Origin: an uncultured Clostridia bacterium
GTDB taxonomy: Bacteria > Bacillota > Clostridia > Christensenellales > CAG-138
DNA: 64,000 nt
Reading direction: 5' to 3'
Assembly (NCBI GenBank): GCA_947168565.1
Contig: CAMVMM010000010.1
Coordinates: forward strand, 9,278-73,277
Shown: piece by piece, positions 7,230 through 16,389 of the stretch
Layout of the letters: each line of letters starts with the position of its first letter
How positions within the stretch are numbered: position 1 is the stretch's first letter
Notes under the pieces: generated by a model
What the model saw: the letters and a program-made list of their open reading frames with translations, nothing else
The model's database searches: none
Told to the model about the DNA's origin: nothing
Position numbers and translations under genes: made by a program

Positions 7230-10200
7230 ATGAAAAGAACACTCAAAGGCATCCTCGCCTGCCTGCTCGCTTTTATGCTTGTGCTTCCCGCACTCACAGG
7301 CGCGCTGGCAGAGATCGCCCGTGAGCTCCCCGTTTCCGAGGACGTCGCCGTCGTAAGATCCGGCGCGTACGAAGCAAACAGGGCGAACGGCACCTCACGC
7401 TCCTATGGCACCTCCGCCATCAGGCGGGGCAGAACCTTCGCCGCCGCCGACGTGCAGGCGAGTGAAGGCATCAAGCCCACCGACAGAGTAACCATCATGG
7501 TTGAGCTCTCCGCCGCTCCCGCAGCGGACGTGGCTTCAAACCTCAAAAACGCGGGCGGCTACCGTGCGCAGCTCGCCGCCTCCCATAAGCAGGCGGCGGC
7601 CGAGATCGAATCAAAGCTCGGTGTTGAGGTGGAGATGCTTCACAGCTACACGGTTCTGTTCAACGGCTTTGCCTTTGAAGGCGAATACCGCCTTGTGGAG
7701 GAGATCGAAAAGCTGAACGGAATGCACGCCTTCGTTTCCCCCGAATGGGAGAGCCCCACTCTTTACAACTCCGTGGATATGGTCGGCGCGCTTGAAGCAT
7801 GGGAGCTCGGCTATACCGGCAAGGGCTACACCATCGCAATTCTCGACACGGGCTGCAGGGTGAACCACCCCGCTTTCAGCACCATGCCCGATGAGTCCGC
7901 CGTTCAGTTCACCCAGGACGACATCGCCGCGCTTATCGCGGAGGGCGGCTTCCAGGGCAACGAGCATGGGATGGACGTGAACGAGGTCTACGTGAACGCG
8001 AAGATCCCCTTCCAGTGGAATTACTACTATAATCATGCGGACGCCGCACATCCCGGCACCAGCGACCACGGCACCCACGTTGCGGGCATCGCCGCCGGCA
8101 ATAACGACGTCATACAGGGCGTTGCGCCCGATGCGCAGCTTGCCATCATGCAGGTGTTCGCCCCCACGGGCGGCGCAAGCTGGTCAAACATCCTTCCCGC
8201 GCTTGAGGACTGCGCCGTGCTCGGCGTGGCCGCCGCAAACCTTTCGCTCGGCTCCGCCTGCGGCAGGGAGGCCTTCTACGATCCCTCCTATGAGCAGACC
8301 CTTGAGCGCTGCGTTGAAGCGGGCGTCAACCTCTCCATGAGCGCCGGCAACGACCACGATTCCTCAAGGAGCAACCGCTGGGGCGGCAACTTCGGCGTGG
8401 TTGCGAACGCAAGTCTCAGCTCCACCGGCTATGCGCTTGCAAGCACCCCCGATTTCGGCGTGGTCGGCTCGCCCTCCACCTGGCCGCACGGCATCTCCGT
8501 TGCGGCGGTTGAAAACTCCATGTCCAGAACCTATTATATAGAGGCGGACGGCAATCAGTACCCCTACTCCGAGAACGCGGCGAACCCCGTCAAGATGGCG
8601 GATGCGCTCGGCGGCGGCACCTACGAATACGTCATGGTGCCCGGCTTCGGCGCTGAAGAGGATTTTGCTCAGGTGGACGTTGACGGCAAGATCGCCGTTG
8701 TGGTTCGCGGCGGCATCAACTTCGTGCTCAAGGCGGCGAACGCGGAGGCGGCCGGCGCGGTTGCCTGCATCATCTACAACAACACCGCAGGCACCCTCAG
8801 CATGGTTGCCTACGAGGGCGGCGGAATACCGCATATCGCCATCAGCCAGCAGGAGGGCCTTGAGCTTGCCGAGCTCGAGAATAAGCAGATGTACGTATCC
8901 GATGAGGAGGGTCTGCTTGCGGTTTCCTCCGGCAATATGACCACCGCCTTCTCCAGCCGCGGCGTGACCGCAAATATGGCAATGAAGCCCGAGATCACCG
9001 CCCCCGGCGGCACGATCTATTCCTCCACCGACCCGAATATTTCGGACGGCAACTGGTACGAGGCGTGGAACGGCACCTCCATGTCCGCTCCGCACGTTGC
9101 GGGCGGCATGGCTATCATCTCCGAATACGTTGACAATATGTTCCCCAATGCTTCAACTGCGGAAAAGCAGGAGCTTGTGGACATAATCCTTATGAGCACC
9201 GCCACCCCCGTATACGATCCGAGCGGCGCGTACGCCCCCGTGCATCAGCAGGGCTCGGGCGAGATGAACCTGAGGAAGGCGACCACCACCAAGGCGTATA
9301 TCACCGTTGAAGGCACCAAGGGCGAGCGTCCCAAGCTCAATCTGGGCGACGATCCCGAAAAGACCGGCGAATACAGCGCCACCTTCACCGTGCATAATTT
9401 CGGTGATGAGACCCTTAATTATTCCATCGCTCCCAGCGTTGTGCTGAACGATCTTGCGATAATCGGCAGTCTGGACGGCGAACCCATCATAGTTTACAGC
9501 GGACGCACGATGGGCTTTGAAAACGGTATGCCCGCCATGCTGCTGGGCGACGTTGATATGGACGGCATAGTGAGCGCATACGATGCGCTGCTCATCACCC
9601 GCTGCTCCATGGATATGGAGTGGGTAAACAATCCCGATGCGTGCGACCTGAACGGCGACGGCGAGATCGGCGTAGACGATGCGCTTCTTGCGATGCGTAT
9701 TGCGCTTGGCATTGAGCTGCCCGCGTACAGCGAGCCCACCGAGGGCGACGTGAACTTCGACCTGCCCGCAAGCATTAGCGTGCCCGCGGGTGAAACCGTT
9801 GAAGTGACCGTGTATTTCACCCTTTCCGATGAGGTGATGGTGTATCTGGACACCTATTACACCGCCGGCGCGATGATCGAAGGCTTCTTCGAGCTCGTGC
9901 CCACGTTCGGTGAAAACAGCCTCACCGTGCCCTTCATCAAGTATTACGGCGACTGGAACTATCCCGCCACCATCGACGTTGGCTACTACTATGAGGATAA
10001 TCCGTGGAACAGCAACAACTTCCCGAACACCGCGGGCTATCAGACTGTGGACGGCGTTGTTTACGGTCTCGGCATCAATCCCTACGTGGAAACCGAGGAT
10101 CTTGCCTACTATCTTGAGGATCGCAACGCGATCTCCCCGAACGGCGACTACTTCCTTGACACGCTGAACCTTGTGTACGCCGGTCTTCTTCGTAACTCCG

Positions 10201-11228
10201 CCGTGCGCTACGTTGTGTGCGATACGGAGGGCAACGAGCTTCACGAGATCTTCTCCTCCGGCGTTTGCACCAAGGGCTACAGAACCAGGGGCGGCGACCG
10301 CGATCAGCTCGGCGTTACCTACATGAACTTCCCCGCGAACTTCGATTTCACCCAGTTCGGTGAGGAGGAGGTAGTGGTGCGCGTTATCGCCGATCTGGAC
10401 AACGACGGCAGCTACACCACCGAAGCCTACACCCCCGAGGCAAACGAGAATCCCTGCTGGAATATCCCCATCCACGTGGACACCTCCGCTCCCACCATCA
10501 GCAACGTGTACGTCAGCGGCAACGGCGTTACCTTCGACGCAACGGACGATCACTACGTGGCGGCGGTCATGGTGCTTGATGAGGACGGCGAGATCCTGTC
10601 CGCTCAGGGCGTGTTTGAAACCGAGCGCGGCGCGGTGACGAACGTGACCGTTCAGCTTGACGTGGGTCAGTACGTGGTCGTGGCGGACTATGCCGGAAAC
10701 GAGCAGTGGTTCGAGTTCATCGGCACTCCGCTCGTGCCCATCGAGCCTCCGGCGCTTGGACCCGAGCTTATCTACTCCATGGGCTTCAACACCGAGGATA
10801 ACCTTGCCGGCTGGCAGGTTGTGGATAAGGACGGCGACGGCGCGAACTGGGGCATGCGCTCCACCGGAAACATCTACGAGGGCGACCGCTGCATGAGCTC
10901 CACCTCATATCAGCGCACTCCGGATAACTGGCTGCTCGCTCCCTCCATCGTGCTTCCCGAGGGCGAGCCCTATCTCACCTTCTTTGCTCGCGGCAACTAC
11001 TCCACCGCGTATGACGAGCATTTCGCGGTCTATATCGCGCCCACCGGCACCCCCAGCGTGGACGATTATATAGAGATAATGCCCGAAACCGCGTGCATCA
11101 ACGCCTATCAGCAGTACACCGTGGATCTGAGCGAATACGCGGGTCAGGACGTGCGCATCGCTCTGCGCCACTTCAACAGCTACAACCAGAACTATATCAC
11201 CATGGATCTTTGGCAGATCTGGAACTGA
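7230..11228 (+). CDS. secreted multidomain S8 subtilisin-like serine peptidase (lactocepin/C5a-peptidase-like) with PA domain, internal dockerin and C-terminal choice-of-anchor-J-like domain
   Basis: Catalytic triad AILDTG / HGTHVAG / GTSMSAPHVAG. PA-like insert GKIAVVVRGGINF. Dockerin GDVDMDGIVSAYDALL...DLNGDGEIGVDDALLAMRIALGI (about 9545-9715). C-terminus GWQVVDKDGDGANW...DNWLLAP. Start moved to ATG 7230 (RBS GGAGG, signal peptide). Confidence 0.92.
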   Translation: MKRTLKGILACLLAFMLVLPALTGALAEIARELPVSEDVAVVRSGAYEANRANGTSRSYGTSAIRRGRTFAAADVQASEGIKPTDRVTIMVELSAAPAADVASNLKNAGGYRAQLAASHKQAAAEIESKLGVEVEMLHSYTVLFNGFAFEGEYRLVEEIEKLNGMHAFVSPEWESPTLYNSVDMVGALEAWELGYTGKGYTIAILDTGCRVNHPAFSTMPDESAVQFTQDDIAALIAEGGFQGNEHGMDVNEVYVNAKIPFQWNYYYNHADAAHPGTSDHGTHVAGIAAGNNDVIQGVAPDAQLAIMQVFAPTGGASWSNILPALEDCAVLGVAAANLSLGSACGREAFYDPSYEQTLERCVEAGVNLSMSAGNDHDSSRSNRWGGNFGVVANASLSSTGYALASTPDFGVVGSPSTWPHGISVAAVENSMSRTYYIEADGNQYPYSENAANPVKMADALGGGTYEYVMVPGFGAEEDFAQVDVDGKIAVVVRGGINFVLKAANAEAAGAVACIIYNNTAGTLSMVAYEGGGIPHIAISQQEGLELAELENKQMYVSDEEGLLAVSSGNMTTAFSSRGVTANMAMKPEITAPGGTIYSSTDPNISDGNWYEAWNGTSMSAPHVAGGMAIISEYVDNMFPNASTAEKQELVDIILMSTATPVYDPSGAYAPVHQQGSGEMNLRKATTTKAYITVEGTKGERPKLNLGDDPEKTGEYSATFTVHNFGDETLNYSIAPSVVLNDLAIIGSLDGEPIIVYSGRTMGFENGMPAMLLGDVDMDGIVSAYDALLITRCSMDMEWVNNPDACDLNGDGEIGVDDALLAMRIALGIELPAYSEPTEGDVNFDLPASISVPAGETVEVTVYFTLSDEVMVYLDTYYTAGAMIEGFFELVPTFGENSLTVPFIKYYGDWNYPATIDVGYYYEDNPWNSNNFPNTAGYQTVDGVVYGLGINPYVETEDLAYYLEDRNAISPNGDYFLDTLNLVYAGLLRNSAVRYVVCDTEGNELHEIFSSGVCTKGYRTRGGDRDQLGVTYMNFPANFDFTQFGEEEVVVRVIADLDNDGSYTTEAYTPEANENPCWNIPIHVDTSAPTISNVYVSGNGVTFDATDDHYVAAVMVLDEDGEILSAQGVFETERGAVTNVTVQLDVGQYVVVADYAGNEQWFEFIGTPLVPIEPPALGPELIYSMGFNTEDNLAGWQVVDKDGDGANWGMRSTGNIYEGDRCMSSTSYQRTPDNWLLAPSIVLPEGEPYLTFFARGNYSTAYDEHFAVYIAPTGTPSVDDYIEIMPETACINAYQQYTVDLSEYAGQDVRIALRHFNSYNQNYITMDLWQIWN

Positions 11229-11289
11229 CGCTTAACGCGGCCGCATTCATACGCACAGCATGAGCGCGGCAAACCGGCATAAGCAGCGA

Positions 11290-11326
11290 GGGGCTTCGCG
11301 GATTTATCTGCGGAGCCCCTTTTTTT
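11290..11326 (+). terminator. intrinsic terminator after the S8 protease gene
   Basis: GGGGCTTCGCGG-atttatc-TGCGGAGCCCC followed by TTTTTTT. Confidence 0.8.
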
Positions 11327-11336
11327 GCGCAAAGGG

Positions 11337-11365
11337 TTGACAGGGCGCCGAAAAAATGGTATAAA
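11337..11365 (+). promoter_or_regulatory. sigma-A type promoter (extended -10) of the ABC-F gene
   Basis: TTGACA - 17 nt (ending TGG) - TATAAA. Confidence 0.6.
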
Positions 11366-11489
11366 GTATACGGAGAGGCTTGTTCTCTGAGAATCTTACT
11401 ATCCGAGAGGCCTTCTCCGCCCCACTTTTGATAAACAGAGGTATCCCGGGTTGATCATTCGCTGAACCGCATTAAATCCATACTCCGAC

Positions 11490-11530
11490 GCGCCGCGCAC
11501 ATATCGCGGTGCCTGCTTTATTGTTTTTTT
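11490..11530 (+). terminator. leader terminator (putative attenuator) directly upstream of the ABC-F RBS
   Basis: GCGCCGCG-cacatat-CGCGGTGC (8 bp including one G:U), then CTGCTTTATTGTTTTTTT. RBS GAGG at 11535 and ATG at 11545 follow. Confidence 0.55.
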
Positions 11531-11544
11531 CAGCGAGGTTTCAC

Positions 11545-13083
11545 ATGATACAATTAAATGACGTTTCGATATTTCTTTCCGCAAACGGGCGGGCGCTCGT
11601 TTCAAATATTTCATTTACCCTGAACCCGGGGGACAGAAGCGTGATAATAGGCGAGGAGGGCAACGGCAAAAGCACCCTTCTAAAGCTCATTTACGATCCC
11701 GCGCTCATCGCGGATCACGCGGAATACAGCGGCGGCATAAACAGGGGAGGGCATCGCCCGGGCTACCTTGCGCAGGAGCTTTCGCCGCGCGAGCAGGAGC
11801 AAAGCATTTCCGCCTATCTTGGGCTCGGCGAGGATTTTTGGCGGGCGGAGAGCCTTGCCGCCGAGCTGGGGCTTGATGGCGATATAGTGCATTCAAGCCG
11901 CCCCGTTTCAACGCTTTCGGGCGGCGAGCGTGTGAAGCTGCGGCTTTTGAGGATACTGCTTGATGAGCCGGATATGCTGCTGCTTGATGAACCCACGAAC
12001 GATATAGATATAGAAACGCTTGAGTGGCTGGAGGGCTTTATAAAGCGCTTTGACGGCGGAGTTTTATTCGTTTCGCATGATGAAACGCTTATTGAAAACA
12101 CAGCGAACGCCGTGATCCACCTTGAGATGGTGCATCATAAAAAATACTGCCGCCACACCGTTGCAAGCCTTCCTTACCGCGAATACGTGGCGCAAAGGGA
12201 GCGCATGATGCTCAATCAGGAGCAAACGGCGAATAAGGAGCGCGAGCAGCAGCAGAAAAAGGAGGAGCGCTGGCGGGAGATATACGAAAAGGTTGAAACC
12301 GCGCAGCGAAACGTTCCGAGAGGCGATCCGGGCACGGGAAGGCTGCTGAAAAAGAAAATGCACTCTGTGATGAGCCAGGGAAGGCGGCTTGAGCGGGAGC
12401 GCGAGGGCATGACCGAGTTGCCCGTGAGTGAAAGGCAGATATTTCTCGATCTTCCGCCGATGGAAATGCCGCGCAAAAAGGAGATACTGCGCTTCAAAAC
12501 CGAGGGGCTCTTCGCGCCGAACGGCGAAAGGCTGACGGCGGGCTTTGAGCTGAACGTGGACGCTTCGGAGCATATTGCAATAATCGGCAGAAACGGCGCG
12601 GGCAAAACCACGCTGCTGCGCCTTGTGGAAAGCGAGCTTTCGCAAAGAAAGGATATCCGCCTTTTCTATATGCCGCAGAATTATTTCGATCTGCTGGATG
12701 AAAGCGCTACCCCCGTGGAGTTTTTGGCGCCCACAATGGAGAAGGCGGCCGTTACGCGCGCGCGCACCTATCTTGGCAGCGTGCGCTTCACCCCGGATGA
12801 GGCGGAAGCCCCCATAGGCAGGCTCTCCGGCGGGCAGAAGGCGAAGCTGCTGTTCGTGCGGATGGCGCTTGAGGGCTATAACGTGCTTATTCTGGATGAG
12901 CCCACGCGCAATTTCTCGCCGCTCTCCAATCCCGTGATCAGGGGGATACTGCGCGGCTTCGGCGGCTGTATAATCAGCGTTTCGCACGACCGCAAGTTTA
13001 TTAGCGAGGTCTGCACCGGGGTGTATGAGCTTGATGAGAGCGGGCTTATGGAGTCCCGGCGGTTTGTGAGCGCAAAAAACTGA
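11545..13083 (+). CDS. ABC-F family ATPase (two fused ABC domains, no TMD; translation factor / possible ribosome-protection type)
   Basis: Walker A GEEGNGKST and GRNGAGKTT. Signatures LSGGERVKL and LSGGQKAKL. Walker B LLLDEPTNDID and LILDEPT. Charged inter-domain linker QEQTANKEREQQQKKEERWREIYEK. Confidence 0.9.
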   Translation: MIQLNDVSIFLSANGRALVSNISFTLNPGDRSVIIGEEGNGKSTLLKLIYDPALIADHAEYSGGINRGGHRPGYLAQELSPREQEQSISAYLGLGEDFWRAESLAAELGLDGDIVHSSRPVSTLSGGERVKLRLLRILLDEPDMLLLDEPTNDIDIETLEWLEGFIKRFDGGVLFVSHDETLIENTANAVIHLEMVHHKKYCRHTVASLPYREYVAQRERMMLNQEQTANKEREQQQKKEERWREIYEKVETAQRNVPRGDPGTGRLLKKKMHSVMSQGRRLEREREGMTELPVSERQIFLDLPPMEMPRKKEILRFKTEGLFAPNGERLTAGFELNVDASEHIAIIGRNGAGKTTLLRLVESELSQRKDIRLFYMPQNYFDLLDESATPVEFLAPTMEKAAVTRARTYLGSVRFTPDEAEAPIGRLSGGQKAKLLFVRMALEGYNVLILDEPTRNFSPLSNPVIRGILRGFGGCIISVSHDRKFISEVCTGVYELDESGLMESRRFVSAKN

Positions 13084-13169
13084 AAATGTTCCCTGAAGTA
13101 CACAAAAATCTCCACATTCTGTGGTATAATAACGGATAGTAAAGGCATTGAGAAGAAGGAGGAGAGCTT

Positions 13170-13880
13170 ATGAAAACTTACGCTGTGGCGGACCTGCACG
13201 GCTACCCGCTTGAAAAATTCGAGGCGCTGCTTGAAAAAGCGGGCTTTACGGATGAGGATTATCTCTATGTGCTCGGCGACGTTGTGGATAGAAACGGCGA
13301 CGGCGGGGTGCGTATGCTGCGCCGCTTCATGGAGATGGAAAACGTGGAGTTTGTGCTTGGCAACCATGAAAATATGCTGTATAAATGCAAATTCCTTTTT
13401 GATGAGGATGCGCCGGATTATGCCTCCTTCAACGCGCAGCAGATAAGAGCCTATGATCATTACACGCGCAACGGCGGCGCGGTGACCATAGTGAACCTTC
13501 GCGCGCTTGGCGAGCAGGAGCCCGGCGCGGTGGGCGATATTTTCGATTTTATCATCGAAGCGCCGCTCTATGCCGCCGTTACCTGCGGCGGGCGCGATTT
13601 CATACTGACCCACGCGGGGCTCGGCAATTTTTCGCCGGATAAAAGGCTGAAGGATTACACGCTGGATGAGCTTATCTGGACGCGCCCAACCATCGATACC
13701 GAGTATTTCGACGATATCATCACCGTTTTCGGGCACACGCCAACGCTCTATTACGGCGAGGAGCACCGGGGAAAGGTGATAAAAACGCGCTCATGGATAA
13801 ATATCGACGCGGGCGCGGCAAGCGGCCTGCCTCCCGCGCTTCTGCGGCTGGACGACCTTGAGGTGTTTTACGGCGAATGA
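13170..13880 (+). CDS. metallophosphoesterase (PPP-family Ser/Thr phosphatase / PrpE-ApaH-like)
   Basis: Motifs DLHG, GDVVDRNGDG, GNHENML, and FGHTP at the C-terminus. Confidence 0.85.
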   Translation: MKTYAVADLHGYPLEKFEALLEKAGFTDEDYLYVLGDVVDRNGDGGVRMLRRFMEMENVEFVLGNHENMLYKCKFLFDEDAPDYASFNAQQIRAYDHYTRNGGAVTIVNLRALGEQEPGAVGDIFDFIIEAPLYAAVTCGGRDFILTHAGLGNFSPDKRLKDYTLDELIWTRPTIDTEYFDDIITVFGHTPTLYYGEEHRGKVIKTRSWINIDAGAASGLPPALLRLDDLEVFYGE

Positions 13881-13922
13881 CGGGCGCATAGGCTTATAAA
13901 AATCGAGGAGAGGTGAAGCAAA

Positions 13923-14765
13923 ATGATCTGCCCAAACTGCAATTCAAAAATAGATAATTCCTGCACGAGCTGCCCGCTCTGCGGCGCGGAAGTCGGGCGC
14001 GGCGCGGCAAACAGGAGCGGCGCGAATGCTTACCGCAATCAAGGCGGCGCTGCGGGCTATGCATCGGGCTCCGGCATCCTCCTTGGAGCGGCCGCAAGGG
14101 CCGCAAGGGCAAACGCCGCCTTCTCCGAGGGCGAGCTTGTGTCGCCCCGCCTGTATAACGGCGTGCTGCTCGGCGTGGTGCTGTGGGGACTGCTTGTGAA
14201 TCTGGTGCTCTGCTCCACGGTGCACGATCTGCTTCTGCACGTGAACCCGCTCGTGTTCATAATCGGCTATTCGGTTTGCGCCATCGCGGGCATATTCATT
14301 TCAAGGAGATCGTCAAATCCGTGGATAAGCTTCCTTGGCTACAACCTGCTCGTGGTGCCTTTCGGGCTTATGCTCACCACGGTGGTGGAGGGCTACGGCG
14401 GAATAAGCGCGGACGTGGTAAAGGATGCGTTTCTTTACACCCTGCTCATCGCGGTCGGCATCTCGGGCGTGGCGCTTGCCTTCCCGCAGCTTTTTGAAAA
14501 GCTTGGCGGCGTGCTTGCGGGCGTGCTGCTTGGGCTTTTGATCTGCGAGGTGGTGCTGCTCATCCTCGGGCGCGATCAGGCGCTCGTGGATTGGCTTGTT
14601 GCCGGTCTTTTCGGCGTCTATATCGGCTACGACGTATACCGCTCGCAGCAGTATCCCAAAACCATCGACAACGCGGTGGACAGCGCGCTGGATATCTACC
14701 TTGATTTTGTGAATCTTTTTATTCGCGTCCTCTCCATAGCGGCAAGAAACAGGCGCAGGGATTGA
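13923..14765 (+). CDS. zinc-ribbon + Bax-inhibitor-1/YccA family membrane protein
   Basis: N-terminal CPNC...CPLCG ribbon, multiple TM segments, and C-terminal DSALDIYLDFVNLFIRVLSI typical of BI-1/YccA. Confidence 0.8.
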   Translation: MICPNCNSKIDNSCTSCPLCGAEVGRGAANRSGANAYRNQGGAAGYASGSGILLGAAARAARANAAFSEGELVSPRLYNGVLLGVVLWGLLVNLVLCSTVHDLLLHVNPLVFIIGYSVCAIAGIFISRRSSNPWISFLGYNLLVVPFGLMLTTVVEGYGGISADVVKDAFLYTLLIAVGISGVALAFPQLFEKLGGVLAGVLLGLLICEVVLLILGRDQALVDWLVAGLFGVYIGYDVYRSQQYPKTIDNAVDSALDIYLDFVNLFIRVLSIAARNRRRD

Positions 14766-14820
14766 GCAAAAGGGCTTGGAGCTGCATTTGAAACGATAAA
14801 ACGAACGCTTTTTTATGCAA

Positions 14821-14848
14821 AAAACGCGGACTGCACGCCCGCGTTTTT
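14821..14848. terminator. bidirectional intrinsic terminator between convergent genes
   Basis: AAAAAACGCGG-actgcacgc-CCGCGTTTTT. Confidence 0.75.
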
Positions 14849-14918
14849 AGTTTTATTCATGCATTCCGTTTTATTTTGAGGAAAAATCTGCCTATATGCC
14901 AATCGTCCATCCTTCGCC

Positions 14919-15956
14919 TTAAAAGGGCTTCAGCTCCATATCCGCCGTGCAGGAAACGAAGAATTCCGCAAGCAGGTCTATACAGTCCTGCACGTCCTTC
15001 AGCGAGCAAACCTCGGCGGGGTTGTGCATATAGCGCAGGGGGATGGACACGAGCGCGAACGGCACGCCGATGCCGGTTTTGTGCATCGTGTCGCCGTCGG
15101 TGCCGGTTCTGCCGCTTGCCGCCTCCGTCTGAACGCTCATATCCAGCCTTTTCGCGCACTCGCGCAGCGCCGCGTTCACCTTTTTATGGATGGAGGGATT
15201 GTTGCAGATAACGGGACCCTTGCCAAGCGCAATATCTCCGGTTTCGGCGGAGCTTATGCCGCAGTTGTCCGAGGTGTAGGTAACGTCCACCGCGATCGCA
15301 ATATTCGGCTTCACGCGGGATGCGGCAAAATACGCGCCGTTTCCGGTGGTCTCCTCGCCCGTGGTGGCAGAGGCGTAACAGCCCACGGACGCGCCGCGCC
15401 TCTTCGCCTCCGAAAGCGCCTCCATCACGATGAATGCGCCCAGCTTATCGTCCAGCGCCCTCGCGCTGAGGCGGCCGTTCAAAAGCTCCCTCGCGTCCGT
15501 GTCAAAGGTCACGGTATCGCCAAGCTCAACGACGCTCAGCGCATCCTCGCGGCTTTCCGCGCCTATGTCTATGCGCAGATCGGAGGCGCGAATGTCCTTA
15601 TTCTTGGCGATGGAGCGCGAATTTGCCACGGCGCCGTAGATGATGCCGTTTTTGGTGTATATGCGCACCTTGTGCCCGGGGAAGGCGGTGGTATAGATGC
15701 CGCCGATATGCGTCACCATCAGCGTGCCGTCGCTGCCGATTGCGGAAACCATAAGGCCTATCTCGTCCGCATGGCCCGCGAGCAGCACCTTGAAGGCGGC
15801 GTTTGGATTCACGGCGGCGGTAACGCAGCCAAGCTCGTCCACCGTCACAAGATCCGCCTTATCCTGCATGTAGTCGAAGATCTTTTTTTCTATCTCCGCC
15901 TCGTTTCCCGAAACGGAGCCCGTTTTCAGCAGCTCAAATAAAAAATCCCGATCCAT
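14919..15956 (-). CDS. M42 family metallopeptidase (glutamyl aminopeptidase / FrvX-like)
   Basis: MDRDFLFELLKTGSVSGNE..., LLAGHADEIGLMV, GALDDKLG-type segments. Start set at internal ATG 15956 (RBS GGAGG). The upstream part of the 471-aa ORF runs through promoter and repeat DNA. Confidence 0.88.
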   Translation of the reverse strand: MDRDFLFELLKTGSVSGNEAEIEKKIFDYMQDKADLVTVDELGCVTAAVNPNAAFKVLLAGHADEIGLMVSAIGSDGTLMVTHIGGIYTTAFPGHKVRIYTKNGIIYGAVANSRSIAKNKDIRASDLRIDIGAESREDALSVVELGDTVTFDTDARELLNGRLSARALDDKLGAFIVMEALSEAKRRGASVGCYASATTGEETTGNGAYFAASRVKPNIAIAVDVTYTSDNCGISSAETGDIALGKGPVICNNPSIHKKVNAALRECAKRLDMSVQTEAASGRTGTDGDTMHKTGIGVPFALVSIPLRYMHNPAEVCSLKDVQDCIDLLAEFFVSCTADMELKPF

Positions 15957-16023
15957 TAGCACCTCCGTTTTTGCGCGGCAAAGCTTTTTCGCTTCGCCGC
16001 AAATATTTGCTTTATGCACAAAT

Positions 16024-16052
16024 ATTATATCCTCTTTTTTTCGCGTGGTCAA
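16024..16052 (-). promoter_or_regulatory. sigma-A type promoter of the M42 peptidase gene
   Basis: Minus strand reads TTGACC - 17 nt - TATAAT. Confidence 0.6.
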
Positions 16053-16097
16053 CCCGCTGAAAGGCGAAAACGGCGGCGCAGAGTGGGGAAAAGGGGC

Positions 16098-16163
16098 GCG
16101 GACAGCGGGGAAAGGGATGCGAACAGCGGCGGAAAGGGGGACGGACAGCGGGGGAAAGGAGAG
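16098..16163. repeat. three tandem ~22-nt G/A-rich repeats
   Basis: GCGGACAGCGGGGAAAGGGAT / GCGAACAGCGGCGGAAAGGGGGA / CGGACAGCGGGGGAAAGGAGAG. Confidence 0.8.
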
Positions 16164-16176
16164 TCGATCGGCGCTG

Positions 16177-16279
16177 AAAGGCGGCGGGTTATGCGATTTT
16201 TGCAATATTTGAAGCAAGCGGGGTTGCGCTCCGGTGCCTATAAAGGCGGCAGTTATGCAATTTTTGCAATCTTTGAAGC
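16177..16279. repeat. two ~39-nt direct repeats (65-bp period) plus a degenerate third copy at about 16364-16385
   Basis: AAAGGCGGCGGGTTATGCGATTTTTGCAATATTTGAAGC (16177-16215) versus AAAGGCGGCAGTTATGCAATTTTTGCAATCTTTGAAGC (16242-16279). TTTTGCGATTTTTGGAT abuts the -35 of the orphan promoter. Confidence 0.85.
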
Positions 16280-16389
16280 CGAAAATAGCCAAAAAATCGC
16301 CGAAGAACAGAATATATTGCCACAAAAAATCCATATTTTACGGCAAAAAATGAATTCAAAAAAATTTTGCGATTTTTGGATAAAAGGTA

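Noticed and set aside
9153-10553. Long antisense ORFs opposite confidently called genes. Examples: 9153-10553(-), 12064-12987(-), 15024-15941(+), 16799-17851(+), 18980-20080(-), 20488-21978(-), 32141-33844(-), 34266-35537(+), 37231-39141(+), 40852-42126(-), 51777-52610(-), 62671-63855(-).
   Set aside because: These are typical shadow frames of GC-rich coding DNA. Their translations are Arg/Ala/Gly/His-rich with no motifs, RBS or signal features. The opposite strand carries unmistakable family signatures.
16129-16141. Identical 13-mer GCGGAAAGGGGGA shared with 34183-34195, hinting at a dispersed intergenic repeat family.
   Set aside because: The match is too short and too compositionally biased (G/A-rich) to separate from chance without a genome-wide count. 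The flanks do not align.
15957-16334. N-terminal 126-codon extension of the M42 peptidase ORF (471 aa in the ORF track).
   Set aside because: The extension runs through the gene's own consensus promoter and the G/A-rich tandem repeats, and translates to Pro/Phe/Ser-rich nonsense. The internal ATG at 15956 has a GGAGG RBS and yields a normal-length M42 protein.
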